NCBI RefSeq assembly: GCF_001194135.2
Contig: NC_068983.1
Location: forward strand, 23,130,464 to 23,194,463
Source: Octopus bimaculoides
Taxonomy: Eukaryota
Direction: 5' to 3'
Length of the DNA stretch: 64,000 bases
The position numbers were made by a program, and so were the translations under genes. Positions 1 through 13,879 of this stretch are shown here, piece by piece (within the stretch, counting starts at the first letter, position 1; every line of letters begins with the position of its first letter). Under the pieces are notes generated by a model, which saw only the letters and a program-made list of their open reading frames with translations, ran no database searches and had not been told where the DNA came from.

Positions 1-3000
1 TATATATATATATATATATATATGTAATATAATGTATATGTATATACAGAGAGAGGAGTAGATATATATTATTGAATTGTAAGGTTTATCTTTTTAATAA
101 GCATACAATGTACCTCAGCACTGTAAAAAGGTAAACATTGGTTATGCACATGTTTTATCTCTCCTAAGACAGAAAAGTGGATCAATCTCAATAGTTTCTG
201 GTCTTATTAAACTATCATCAGAGAAAGATTACCCAGAGAGAGTAGTAGCTTATAGCTATTTATAGTGGATACAAAGAACGGAGGGACCTAACCCAGTCTA
301 ATCTGCATTACAGTGGAATAGTGTGCTTTGTAGTGCACTATTATTTAAGCATGCACTACACAGCTCTTTCTTGGAGGTGGCAACAATTTGAAATGTAAGA
401 TATACCTTTTTCAGAAGCATACTGTTTTTGCCTCACTGTGAAAAGTCGGCAGAAGATGCATTATCTGTCTTTGTTGAGTCTCATAACCCCTTCTGCTGCT
501 GTCAGAGAGTAGGAAAAAACCTCTGATGAAACCACTTTGATTTCTTTTCACAGTGAGGCCTAATTGTATGAGTTTCAAAACAGTATAGCTTACATTTCAA
601 ATAATCCTAAATACACTATTAATTTTGTATATTCATACATTATATACATGTGTGTGTGTGCATATACACACATGTGCACGCGCATGGAAGTATGTGTGTA
701 TTTATAAATATATATATACACACATTTTATATATGTATATACATAAATACACACACATATATGTGTGTGTGTGTGTGTTCTGGGATATGGTGATATCAGT
801 GACATAACTTTGGAACTATTCATGTTTTTTTTTTTATTGTCCACACAAGAAGGGGGTCAGAAACAACAGTGAACCCCAGAGGACAGCTCAAGAATATCAA
901 TGTGATTAGCTTCATCAGTTTCATTGTAACCTAACTTTACTGGCAAAATATTGACTTAGCTACAAAAATGAAATTAAGATACCATTTGGGGAAATTCTGA
1001 AATCTTATTTTCCCACCTTCACTACTTCTAAGGAATTTTGTTGTTGTTGTTTTTGTATTTATTGAAAAGTTTTTAATCATATGAATAATATTGGCAATGT
1101 GTATAATTTAAAATCTACTAGAGTACAAAAACTTTAATTTGTTGTTATTGATGAACCCTGAGCAGATCTATAATATCTATGATCAAGCATCTTCCCCCNN
1201 NNNNNNNNACCTGGAACAGTGATTAAAGCTACAATGTCTGCTGTGCCCTTAAGGCAATAAGCTCTGTGGAGAATTTGGCTGCTGCTTCCAGTGGATTGAA
1301 CAACAATTTATGTTGAGTCTCCTACATTGACTCAGAAAGCCCAATTCTTCCACTTAGCATTGTGATTATTTACTGGGGTAAGTATTTAAGAAAGAAAAGT
1401 AGTGAGGTCGAGGTTGTTGAAGAATTTACTTTTAGTTTACATCTGTCATAGTATTTAGCTCCTTAGTTCTAGTTTATGCCAATTGCCTTCTTCTTAGTTA
1501 ACGTAATAAAAAGAACTTGATAAAGAGATATTCAGTTTTGAAATTAGATTGTATCTCTTTCATTGACCCTGTCTTCCAAAGGAGACTAAAAGACTTGTCA
1601 TCATAAATAACAATAACAACAACAACATTAAAAAATCCATCCCACCTCCATTTCAAATTTAGCCAAGTTCTCCACTTACTCAAGTTTTCTTTATCCAAAT
1701 TGGAGACACACCATTTTTGCATATCAACTGCTTTATGGTTGTGAGATTATTTTGAATTTCTTTTTTTTTTACACAATATTTTAAGGGTGCTTTTATTAAT
1801 GTGATTATTTGTTAACTCTTCAAATTTCAGGTTGTTGTTTGTTTTTGTTTTTTCTGTTTTACTGTGTTACTGTATTATCCTTTGGGGAGTGGGGCACAAA
1901 GTACAAATGTTTATATAATTCAAACTTTATAAGTTTCTTTATAGGTGTGATGCAGGCCAATAGCTCAAATGCATGTTGGCCTTTTGTAGGACCTTGTAGC
2001 AATGTAAAATGGCATAATACTTTTCAGTAGTGGAACCATATGTTAGGAATTAGTTATTAGATATTAAGCTGTTCTGCTGTGAAATCAACCATTAGGATGA
2101 CTAACACATGTTCTTTGATAGTAAAAATATTAAGCAAGTAAAAAGATTTTCCTTTGTGTGTCCTCTAATAATTTTCTCTAGGATTGGTTTACTAATGAGA
2201 TCAAATATTTTACCACTTCCGGTCTAAGCAGCAGTGGAATTTTTGTCTTTTAACTTGTAACAGGAATATAATGAGGTTTTTAAAAAATAGTTTAATGTAT
2301 AAACAATATATTAAAGTATAATTAACAAAACTGTTTGAGCTTTTAGTTCTTCTTATAATATAGTTTGACTAACCAATTGCTGGCAGAGGTAAAAGAGAGA
2401 TGACATTTTAGTGTTTAAATTTAAAATAAGGTTTTTGCTTTTGTGTTTTGTTTCCTCACTCACCTACTTAAGGCTAATATTCAAATGTGTTTTAATGTTT
2501 GTTGATTTTCTTTCCATGTATCAGCAGCTGTAAAGATTACATCAGATCCGGTGCTGAATTTTCAGTAAGTTGTCTGTTTTCAGACCAAGCTTTTGTTATT
2601 GCTGAGTAGATTTAAACAAAATTGGAAAAAATAAATAAATAAATAATAAACAAAAAATTTAACATATAAATCTAAAAAAAAAAAGTATTCACTCCTTTTC
2701 TATAATTAAAAAAATATATATCTGATATATAACGACACTTTTTTTTCCCCAGGAATACTCTAATTTGTAATAACAATATTGCCATATTATGGTAACTTAT
2801 GATTATTACTCAATAAAAACCATACAAATATCTCTCTATTTGTCTTTTTTTTTTTGTCTTTTGTGACAATTTGCTTGTTATTTGTCTTTACTATTAAAGT
2901 TAATGTGTGTATATACACAGGCGCAGCTGTGGCTGTATGGTAAGAAACTTGCTTCCCAACCACATGGTTCTGGGTTCAGTCCTACTGTGTGGCACTTTGG

Positions 3001-3089
3001 GCAAATGTCTTCTACTATTGCCTTGGGCCAACAAAAGCCATGCGAGTGGATTTGGTAGACGGAAACTGAAAGAAGCCCATCATATATAT

Positions 3090-3585
3090 ATATAATCATA
3101 TAAAGGTTATGAAGGGTAATGGAGTCAACCAGACCCTAATGATACAGGTGTTACCAAGTAAGTGCTGTATACCGACTAGTTTTGCCCCAGATGTGGTTGT
3201 AACATGAATGGGGAATGTAACATGGGTCGTGTATTAGCGTGTGTATATATAAAAAAGAATGAGGTAAAGCGACCAATGGCATAAGTAAATCTATATTTTA
3301 TGTAGAATGTCTTACAGTTGTTTCAGGGAAAATTCAATTTATCCCTTCATCGGAGACCGTAATAGTAGAAGATAGAGATTATTACATCTATATGAGGAGA
3401 TTTGCAGTAAGAAATGAGAGCGATGCGGAGAAGAAAAAAGAAAGAAGAAAAAGTACTTGGAGTATAGTTTCATTCCAACAGTAAATATCCATGTATAGAA
3501 TCCATGTGGGTATTCTCCAGTGATAATTATAGTTGCTTTGGTGGATATATATCCAAAATTCTGATTGCCTCCTTTTTCTCAATAT
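3090..3585 (-). mobile_element. Penelope-like 3'/pLTR fragment nested in a SINE
   Basis: A ~500-bp insert separates the two halves of a family-A SINE at its (TA)n tract and carries the hammerhead motif at 3309-3357. Confidence 0.5.
3309..3357 (-). ncRNA. Minimal type I hammerhead-like motif (U4C variant)
   Basis: Minus strand reads GTCT-CCGATGA-AGGGA TAAATTGAATTT TCCCT-GAAAC-AACT-GTA^AGAC. Stem I is GTCT/AGAC, stem II is AGGGA/TCCCT, stem III is short and the triplet is GUA; the core reads CCGAUGA instead of CUGAUGA. Confidence 0.65.
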
Positions 3586-5204
3586 ATGTGTGTGTTTTTG
3601 TCTCCCCACCCTCACTTGACAACCAATGCTGGTGTGTTTATGTCCCTGTAACTTAGCAGTTCGGCAAAAGAACTGATAGAGCAAGTACTAGGCTTACAAA
3701 GAATAAGTCCTGGGGTCAATTTCTTCAACTAAAACCCTTGAAGGCGGTGCTCCAGCATGGCTGCCATCGAATGACTGAAACAAGTGAAAGAGTATACCTT
3801 TTATCATTTACTTGTTTCCGTTATTAAACTGCAACTATGATGGGACACTGCCCTGAAGGTTTTAGTCTAGTCATGGGCAAACTGCAGATCGTGGGACTTT
3901 CTAAATGGCACACCAACTAAAAATTACCTTAAATTTTTTTAGTGGTGCAGCCAGCCTGATGCTAAGCCATGTCTTATTTGGTCCACTTTACAAAAGACAG
4001 TTGCCTATGCATGGTATGGCTGAACAAATTGACCCCAGAGCTTATTTTTTAAAGTTTGGTATTTATTGTATCAGTCTCTTTTGCCAAACTGCTAAGTTGT
4101 AGGGACATAAACCAACACCAGTTGTCAAGTGATGAGTGGGAGATATACACAAAAAACATGGGTTAAAGGTGATTTCATTGATATTTCTAGCAATTCATGT
4201 GACCACATAGAGGCTTCACTTTGCTTCAGATCTGACTAAGAATTTGTAAGCAACAGGAAACTATTGCAGCACCTTGAATCACTAAGTAAAGTTTTCAATG
4301 GAGCTTCTATGATCCTTCAAGATTATGTAATAACTTTATATGATCTAGTAACACATGTACATAGTGAATTTCTTGTGAGTATCTTATGCTCATATACCCA
4401 TGTTAAATTTTTTTTCTTTTTTTTTTTTTTCAGTTTTATGTCCTTTCTACTATACTAGCATGGGTTAAATGAATATATTACTGAGATTTTGTTTTTTCAC
4501 ACCTAGACACCCTTTCTGTCATTAACCCATACCTGTTTCTCAAGTAAAGGTTCTCTTTCTTTCACACATCTTCAAAGGTACAAAGCCAGTAAACATATAA
4601 CACTGTCACTGCTTGTAAGTGAATGACTTTTAGAAATATACAAATGCAAACAAATCATATGGACACTTGTGTGCATACATGCATCTATGTCTATCTATAT
4701 TTAGATATACATACATATTCATCAGGAAAAGATAAAAGAGGGAACAGGAAATAACAGTAACTCAAGCACAGAAAGACAACAATGATAGCCAAAAGTGCAT
4801 CCATGGTACAAAAAGACAGAACAGTGAAAAGTAAAAGAGCCAGAGTGGAAATGGTGTATAGGCACATCTGGAGTGGCATTGGCAAATTTGGGGAAACATG
4901 AAATTTTTGAAGGATGCAATGTCCTAACAGTTACTAACTGTTTTGACAATTCTGATAACAAAAAAATGTTTTTGAAAGTCATAAGTATTGTGCTGGTTTT
5001 TCATTGATAATAAATATGCTTGGTAAAACTTTCTGGGCTTTTATTTTTACAAGCATATCCATGGTTATCAGATATATCATTCAAAAATGTGGCCAAAATT
5101 GTTATTGGAAAAATGGTGGATGATCTTGTGGGTTCCTACATTTATTGCAAGACAAAAGCTTTAGTGTGTCAATGTCCAGAGACGCAAGATGTTCAAGATA
5201 TGGT

Positions 5205-6060
5205 AAGTGACTGAAGGAAAGTATTTATCTGGTTGCACATCTCTGGACAGCTTCCAATAGATTGATATTCTGAACAGAATAGGGTTTCCAGACTAGAAAT
5301 TTAACTTGTGAGAACACACCACAGGCATAAATAGCCTGAGAGTGGATGACAAAGATCTGAAGAATGCAAAGATATCTTAAGGTCTTTTCGAAGATTTTAG
5401 AAAAGTAGTTCATACAATGTAGTTCACTGAAAATAATGTTTAGGTCACATTTACTAGCAGACTTCTCAAGGCTGGTGTTGTGAAGGAAGTAATTTTTGTT
5501 GATTCTTCCCAAAATTGTGTATGATGAATTCTGAAATTTACTTGTTTAACGGTCAGCTTGAGTAGTCAATCAACAATCCGTTGCTGCATTGTGACCAGGT
5601 CAGAGTATACAAAAAATCTGTAGCGTTCATTCTTTCTATCTCAAGGTATAGCTTAATGTCATTTGCATATTTTAAAACAACATGTTTCAAGTTGGTTTCT
5701 GTTTCTTTAATATATGCTACAAAACACATGGGACCAAGAACAGATCCCTGCAGGACAACAAATATCATTGCATAGGATGCAGAATGTTGTCCTAGCACAA
5801 TGACTACCATTTTTTGACTGAGAATGGACTTTGAGTTATAAAGATTAAACCTCACACTCATTCCAGATCATTTCATCGTGAGTCATTTGTGTGACACAGA
5901 ATTCTAGGCTTTGGCAAAGTCAAGATAGATAAAAATCCACCCAACATCTGCAATCTGAGATTTAAGGGAGTTGTCTTTGAGAAGTTTGATGAGTTGGCCA
6001 CAACAGCTGGAGTTAGGGATAATTCCAAATGATAGGAAAGAGAAACAATGATTGAAATGA
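5205..6060 (-). mobile_element. Decayed CR1/L2-type LINE reverse-transcriptase fragment
   Basis: Minus-strand remnants IYLDFAKA*NSVSHK, VLQGSVLGPMCFVAYI, KYANDIKLY (YADD-like) and WKPYSVQNINLLEAVQRCATR, with stops and frameshifts. Confidence 0.85.
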
Positions 6061-7989
6061 GAGGATGATAGAGGAAAGGGTAATGGAAGAGTGACCAGCT
6101 TTTTATTTGTGTAATTTCATAATTTTGTATTTCAGGAGGCTTTTTATGCCAGTAATATACATATACACTAGTTCAGTTTCACTTTTTTATTATTATTAGT
6201 CAACTGGTTAACCATTTAACCAATTAACTAATTATTTTCTCAATCAGTTAAATTCATCAAAGTCCTTTAATCACCATTCACAGCCTCATCAATGACATGC
6301 TCTCTCTATTCCAGGTCTGCTTCAGGTCTCAATCAACAAAATATGTGTCAACACACGAGCTCACATCATGATACAAAGCCACATGTTTTAAAATTCTATT
6401 CAAATTTAATTCTTTGTGCTAGTTTTATTTACAAGCATTTTACTATATCCAAATATCAGCTTAAGGATAAAGTAATTTTATTATATACCTCCAAATTCTT
6501 TATTTTCAAAATTAATTGAAACCTAAGCAACTACTCTGTCTCAGTAACAATCATACAATTATATCTTGAAACCTGTGAGTTTGGATAAGTTTGTATGCTG
6601 CTGTGGTGGGGGTAAAAATACATTTGGAATTGATTTTACATGAGAAAGAAATTCTACATAATGTCTCTTCTTTAATAGCTATAACAATTAATGTGAGACA
6701 GTTGACATACAAATAACCAAATCTTTCCAAGGGTAGCCAGTACACCTGGAAAATACATTAAAAAAAATCAAATTCTCTTTCTCTCTCTTTCCACTTTTTC
6801 TCTCTCTACTTTCTATCTAGTTGCTAAGTAATAGTCAAAATTATCTCTTCAATGACCTCCTCTGCACACCACCTTGGTACTAAGCAATTAACTACTAAAT
6901 AGAGCCAGCAAATGAATCACTCATAAGAAAAGTGTTTGCTCTTGACATCCTGTCTTTTAAGTATATAACACTTGGTTGACACACTTGAAGTGTTTGCTGA
7001 TTTGCTGTGTATCTTACACCAGACTAGATAAGTACAAGCATTTATAAAGATTTTTTTAAATTAAACAAATATCTAAATTAATATTAATAACATATTGAAA
7101 TTAATTTGGTTATGTTTGATTTTTTTGTTTCTTAGTTTTTTTAAAACTTTTCTTCCTTTGTTAATGTTACATTTGTGTGTGATCCTATGTTCAATAACAA
7201 CCATATTTTTGGCATAAAGTCAACGTAATATATAGTGTAAATGTTCCAACATCATCCCAATCTTTCCAAATCCTGCTGCATTTCACATGGAATTTTTGAT
7301 TTTCCAAAGTCATCTAGGTTTAAATATTAACCTATATTTTTTATGGCTGTAAATTTTGATCTGAAAAGTTTGATTTGTATGCCAAAAAAATATGGTACTC
7401 AGTTTTTTATTTTATTGTCCATAATACTCCAGAATTTCATAACTCACTTGTAAAGTTTGAGTTTGTTATATGTTACCTAACATATCTTGTACATTTTTGC
7501 TCTTGTAGCTCATTTTAAAATATTTCTTTTGTTGATTTCCAATTTTTCTTTTTATTAAACTCTTGAAATGTATTTTGAAATTTACTGATTTTGTAATATT
7601 TGAAAACAAAATTTAGTTCAGGATATCCATGTCTGAATTCATTACAATTTCAGAGAAAAGGAATCCTTAACAAACATCCTTTTGATATCACAATTTCTAC
7701 CTTATGGCTGAATACTGAGCCTTCTGTAATATTATTTAATTATTTGGGATAAAGCAGTGAGCTGGCAGAACTATTAGCACACATGACAAAGGAACTTAGC
7801 AGCATTTCTTCCAGCTCCTTATACTCTGAGTTCAAATGCTGCCAAAGTTGACTTTACCTTTTATCATGTGGAAGTTGATTGAATAATTGCCAGCTTAGCA
7901 CTGGGGTCAATGTTATAGACTTCTCCTCCTATCAAAATTTAATATCTGCCATTGAATAAATAATAAATATCAGTATAATAAAATATTTG

Positions 7990-8290
7990 ATGGCCCCAGT
8001 GGTTAGGGCAGCGGACTCACAGTCGGAGGATTGCGGTTTCGATTCACAGACCAGGCGTTGTGTGTGTTTATTGAGCGAAAACACCTAAAAGCTCCACGAG
8101 GCTCCAGCAGGGGGTAGTGGTGACCTCTGTTGTACTCTTTCGCCCCAACTTTCTCTCACTCTTTCTTCCTGTTTCCTGAGTAAAGCTGTGATGGACTGGC
8201 ATCCTNNNNNNNNNNGGGGGGGGGGGGAACACATACGCCATAGAAACCGGGAAACCAGGCCCATGAGCCTAGCTAGGCTTTAAAAGGGTG
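7990..8290 (+). mobile_element. tRNA-derived SINE (distinct family)
   Basis: A/B-box head tggccccagtggttagggcagcggactc...ggtttcgattc; contains a 10-N gap. Confidence 0.7.
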
Positions 8291-9172
8291 AGCAAAAAAG
8301 AAAATAAAATATTTGACATTGAATTCAAACTGAAGTATTTATTATATATTGCTGAAAACCTTCAAGAGAAATTACTTTATATAATGTACAAGAAAGAAAA
8401 ATAAAATAAAAAGATGATCCATTGTTGATTACCACACTGAACTGATTTATGATAAACCTTTTAACCTTTGGATAAGGATTTAAACTAAAAGATTAAGATT
8501 AATATAGAGATTTTGAAGTATTTATTTACACTCAAAGTTGTTACTAGTGATCATAAATGACTTAGTATCCAACACTTCAGTATAAATCAAGAAATCTGCA
8601 AATGACCTCAGCATCAAGGAAGGATGATTGGAAGAAGCACCCTCCCAGCTGTGGGGTCATAACTTGGGATCCCATGGTACCAGTGCTGGTTTCTGTCATC
8701 TAAACCAAACAGCAAATAAATTCAGGTGAAGCTACTGCAGAAATGAAATAGCCTAAGAATTAAATCTAGGTTCACCGGGATCCTATCACCTTTACTTAGG
8801 TATTTAACTTCTACAGAGATTAAAGTATTTCAAAAACCAATATTCATGTTACAACATAGATAGAATTCAAAACAAGAGCTTATATATATATAACTTCATG
8901 GCCTCATTAGCAACATTTCTAAAATTACATATAGGCAGCGGGTGGATTAATTTATTTCTATCAATATTTTATGATTTTTAACAAGAAAATTGTTTTAGTT
9001 GCAAACTATTGTCTACATTTAGGGACAAGGTGTAACATTACTACTACTACTACTTGCACCACCACAAGTACCTATACCCTGTTGTAAAATCAACTACAAC
9101 AAATCCTTTACTATCTTTAAAAGTAAAACTCTTGCTTAAATTTCTACATCTTAGAATCTTATTCTACCTTAA

Positions 9173-9387
9173 CTCTTTAGCTATCAGATTTCTTTGTAAA
9201 ATGTAATGCACATTTATTCACATTGATTTGAATTAGTCATGCTTTACCTTAGAGCTGTGAGATTTCAATGACATGATTGTGTATTTTTAGAATAATATTG
9301 TAAGTGTGAAAGGCTGGATCTCACCAGTTTGAGGATAAAACAGGTAGATTATTTTAGGTGTATATAGCCAGTTTAAATGATAAAGGG
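9173..9387. mobile_element. piggyBac-type MITE (abundant family; related copies at ~21945-22130 and ~60927-61147)
   Basis: TTAA flanks, degenerate CCCTTTAGCA-like TIRs and shared internal motifs (tttattcacattg...ttgaatta, gagatttcaatga). Confidence 0.75.
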
Positions 9388-9894
9388 TTAAACCTTCAGG
9401 CTCATGGAGCCAGAGCTTATTCAGATTTGCAAGCTATTTAGGTTGAGAGCACCACACTACCTCATTTCACACCTGAATGCTCTGTAAATCCTCCTAGGTG
9501 CCACTGATATTCATTTTCAATTGAATGTATTGGAGCAACATGAAATGCTTTGCCTTGCTCAGAGATACGGCATATTGCCTTGTCTGAGAGCTAATGATCA
9601 TGAGCCCAACACCCTAACCATTGAGCCATATGCCTTCACAAAGTTTAGAATAACAACAACAGCAACAATTCTTGGTAGAGTCAAGAGAGAAAAATTTTCT
9701 GAGCTTTCAAGCTAATGTGAAGCATTAAACTTAGAAGGGTATTTATGAAATATTGAACCACGGTTGTTTTGTTTCTGATGTCATGATGAAAAACAATTTA
9801 AAACTCTTTTGTAAGGATGAGAATAAGCATGAATTTGGATAATCAAGTTCAAGAGTTCTATATTGATCTTCATATACAAAAAAAACAATGTGTT

Positions 9895-10282
9895 CAGGAG
9901 TGGATGTGTGGTAAGTAGCTTGCTTACCAACCACATGGTTCCGGGTTCAGTCCTACTGCATGACGTCTTGGGCAAGTGTCTTCTACTATAGCCTCGGGCC
10001 GACCAAAGCCTTGTGAGTGGATTTGGTAGGCGGAAACTGAAAGAAGCCCGTCGTATATATATATATGTATATGTTTGTGTGTCTGTGTTTGTCCCCGCCA
10101 CCAAACATCGCTTGACAACCGATGCTGGTGTGTTTAGGTCCCCGTAACTTAGCGGTTCGGCAAAAGAAACCGATAGAATAAGTACTAGGCATCCGAAGAA
10201 TAAGTCCTGGGGTCGATTTACTCGACTAAAGGCGGTGCTCCAGCATGGCCGCAGTCAAATGACTGAAACAAGTAAAAGAGTA
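9895..10282 (+). mobile_element. Family-A tRNA-derived SINE, near full length
   Basis: Highly similar to the copies at 20592-20968 and 51650-52059. Confidence 0.9.
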
Positions 10283-11004
10283 GAGAGAGAGAGTATTGCC
10301 TGCAAACAAATATTGAACTGTCCTTTCTCTAAAATATGCAAATTAATTCTTTTACTACTTGAAATTATCTTCTCTCTTCTTTGAGAGTCACAAAAAATTT
10401 TAAATTGAAATACAAAATGCAAAATATTCTAAATTGAAATTTCTTTCACAGAGAAGAACCTAGCAGCAATTTTTAACAAATTTAAATAAGATAAGAGTCT
10501 GACCTTTGTATACAAGCAAAGGACAACTATGAACATATTCTAGTCTATTGAATTTCCCCAGTATTAATTTCATAGATTTTTATATTTCTCATAATTAATT
10601 TTATTTTTAATGATACAAATGACTTGTCTTGGCCAAAAATTATTTGTCACTCTTTTTCTATTCTTTTATTCTTCTATTATTTTACATGTCTCAGTCATTG
10701 GACTGTGGGCATGGAACAATGCTCTGAAGGTTTAGTTACACAAACTGACCTAGTGCTTATTTTAAGGTTGGTATTTGTCCCATTATTTTTTTTTTGTTGA
10801 ACTGCTCAGTTACAGAGGTATAGACAAACCAACACCAGTTATCGATCATTGGTGGGACAAATTCAAAAATGTATGCACACACACACACACATAAAAATAT
10901 AAAAAAACACAATCAAGGTTCTTCTTGAGCCTTAGGCTCATAAGGCCAGTTCCTGGAGTCTGTGGCAACTCTTTTCCTCTGGATGGGACACCAGTCCATT
11001 GCAA

Positions 11005-11039
<35 letters not shown>

Positions 11040-11638
11040 ACTAGGTCACTGCTTTCAATTATTCCCCACCCCCAATATAACCCCTACTAAGTTCTAAATT
11101 CTAGTAGATTCGACATTACATTGATTATTTTTCCAAACTCATTCTGCCAAAGATATAGCAGCAGAATCAATGTAAATATTTGAGCTCTATTGATGATATG
11201 AATATATTAAAGCAGTTGGTTTGTCCTCTTTGTTTGATGTCTATGCGGTCATCTGATGAAAATGGTTTCTTTGCAATGATGTAATGTTTCCATTAATTAA
11301 TTAAAGGAGTCACTTGAAACAGCCATAATGAATTGAACATTTGTACATCTTTGTTACTCATCTATATTTTATTCACCTACCCTGGAATCTGCACTTCGGA
11401 AATTTTATAGAAAGTATTTTTGTATTTTTATATAAAGTGCATGTCTGAACAACCAAGTGCGGATCTCTTCACTAAGTTGGGTCATGTTATCTGCATACAC
11501 TGCAAGAATATCAAGTGCAAACACTTTTGCACAGAGTGATATTCACCTGATATTGTTTGGGTGTGCAAATTAGATTGACCCAACAAAGTGCCTCAATTTA
11601 AGTACCTAATTCAACTGAGTCTTAATCATATATATATA

Positions 11639-11855
11639 CAAGGTGATTCAAAAGTCAGTCACCATACAAAGGAACAATTTATCTTTTTATAAGAAACAGT
11701 TTATAAGAACAGTTTCTTTTTATTTAACAGGTTCTATATGGTTACCATTGTTTTGAATGCACATTGCAAATACATTTACCCCACTCATTGTGAACTCGTA
11801 ATAGCACATCTGGTGATACCTGTTGTTGATACATAGAGACTTTTGAATCACCCTG
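11639..11855. mobile_element. Tc1/mariner MITE
   Basis: TIRs CAAGGTGATTCAAAAGTC / GACTTTTGAATCACCCTG, flanked by TA in (TA)n tracts. Confidence 0.88.
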
Positions 11856-11899
<44 letters not shown>

Positions 11900-13879
11900 A
11901 GATTTCTACAGTTTACATCTACTGAATTCACTCACAAGGCATTGTTCAGCTTGGGGTTATAGCAGAAGAAATTTTCCCATGGAGCTGTGCAATGGGACTG
12001 AACCCAAAACCATGTAGTTGTGAAGCTAACTTTTTAACCACACAGCCATCTGCATATATATCTTTTACTTGTTTCAGCCATTAGGCTGTGTCAATGACAG
12101 GGTCTTGCCCTGAAGGGTTCAATCAAACAAATTGACTCTAGCACTTATTTTTATGAGTCTGATATTTATTCTGTTGGTGTCTTTTGGTGAATGGCTAAGT
12201 TACAAGCATGCAAACAAATTAAAACTGGTTGTCAGATGGGCTGGGGAACAAAAGTGGAGACACACACACATAAAACTGGCACTCCATCAGTTATGACAAA
12301 GAGCGTTTCAGTTGATCCAATTAATGGAACAGCATGTTCATGAAATCAACATGTGTCATGTTGAATCTCAGTGAGATTCAACATGCTCAAGGATACATAC
12401 ATGCCACCAGGAATCAATTACATTGACCCCCCCAGTGTTGAACTGGTACTTTATTTTATCAACTCCAAAGAATGAAAGACAAAGTTGATTTGGTGGGATT
12501 TCTACTTAGAATATAAAGAACAGGAGGAAGAAATGCCATTAAGCATTTTGTCAGATGCACTACCAAAATTACCATCCACTGCCCTTTTGGAAAATTAATT
12601 ATCTTTTCTTCTATTGGCACAAAGCCTGGAAATTTGGATGAATGGGTCAAGCATTTTGTCCAGTGCTGTAACAATTCTGCCAGCTCAAAAAAATTAGTAA
12701 TAATGGTTTTAAATTTTGGCACAAGACCAGCAATTTAGGGGGAGGGGTAAGTCGATTGCATCGACCTCTGTGCTCAACAGATACTTGTTTTATCGACCCC
12801 GAAAGGATGAAAGGCAAAGTCGACCTCAACAGAATTTGAACTCAGAACGTGCAGCCGGACGAAATGCCGCTAAGCATTTTGCCTGGCGTGCTAACAGTTC
12901 TGCCAGGTCTGGGAAAGAAATGAAGCTTTCGCTCATATATGAAGAGTGACTTCCCTTGTGTTGGAGACAATGTTTTCTCCAGTTCTCTGCCAATCTGGCC
13001 ATCAATAATTGAGTTAATGATTGACCTCAACTCTGAACCCAACTGTGCAGCACATGTAAGTTAGCCGTTCTCATTTTACTGCTTCCCACAACTTTTTCAG
13101 ATACGTGTTGAACCTTACTAATCAAATACATTTAATAGCCAAATTTTTCAAGAATATCTAATTTCGTTTTGTTAAATACAGTAGATGACAGCAGGAGTTG
13201 CACACCCAAACCAATATGGAAGTTTTCATAGATTAAAAAAAAAATTATCATCGTCCTTCCCATCCGTAATCTTGTTCTTATTATTGTTACGTTCATTCCC
13301 CACTGAGAAGATATATGTAGATTAAAGAAAACATCTTGTGCTTTGGGCTACTCTCACATTAGGTAATCATGTCAAACGGCCAAGAAATGGAACTTATAAT
13401 ATTAATTACAGAAGTTACTTCCCTTGATTTTTTCTTTACAAATGAGAATTTCAGTTGAGTTGATAATTTGTCTTTATCTTTATAACAAAATAGAGGAGAA
13501 AACTGGAGAAACTAGAACAAAGTACTATTTCTTATAAGTCATTCTAGCTGAGAAGAGGATTAACTATTTCAGGTGTAATAGCAAACAAAACAAGTTAATA
13601 GACTTCTTTGATTACGTCTATCACTCGTAAAATAGTGTGATAGATGTGTTATATGTTATATATTTATTAGTTTATATGACCAATTTTGACCTCTTGCTTA
13701 ACCCCGAGTGAAAATGTGGGTGACCAAGTATCAGATAAACATTCACAAGATCAGCAGAGTATCACAGACAAAGTGTTGCATATACGCGCCTATGAAGATT
13801 CAGACTTGCGACCAATCATTTAATATTTACTCAGTCGTAGTTCTAAAGATTTACATTAGACGTATTAACATTGAGGGAA

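Larger units (their letters stand above)
2920..3792 (+). mobile_element. Family-A tRNA-derived SINE, interrupted by a ~500-bp insert
   Basis: tRNA-like head ggcgcag..tggtaag..gggttcagtcc, central (TA)n/(TG)n tract and 3' end gactgaaacaag. Confidence 0.85.

Noticed and set aside
511-560. CTGATGA at ~523 and other isolated CTGANGA hits (e.g. 11255, 18634, 32714)
   Set aside because: None has a stem II plus GAAA in the required arrangement.
590-844. ORFs of 84 and 60 aa rich in H/T/Y/I/C/V
   Set aside because: These are translations of (TA)n/(CA)n/(TG)n microsatellites.
6570-6742. Minus-strand acceptor with a short open frame (GVLATLGKIWLFVCQLSHINCYSY*)
   Set aside because: There are no partner exons and no recognisable homology.
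7990-8060. tRNA-like A/B boxes here and in other SINE heads
   Set aside because: There is no complete cloverleaf, and each continues into a SINE body.
9781-10192. Recurrent ORFs such as ...[28 protein letters not shown] (also near 2878, 20569, 51784, 62521)
   Set aside because: These are chance frames in family-A SINE copies, not a gene family.
11400-11560. Minus-strand ILAVYADNMTQL resembling an RT YADD motif
   Set aside because: It is too short and has no supporting flanking RT motifs.
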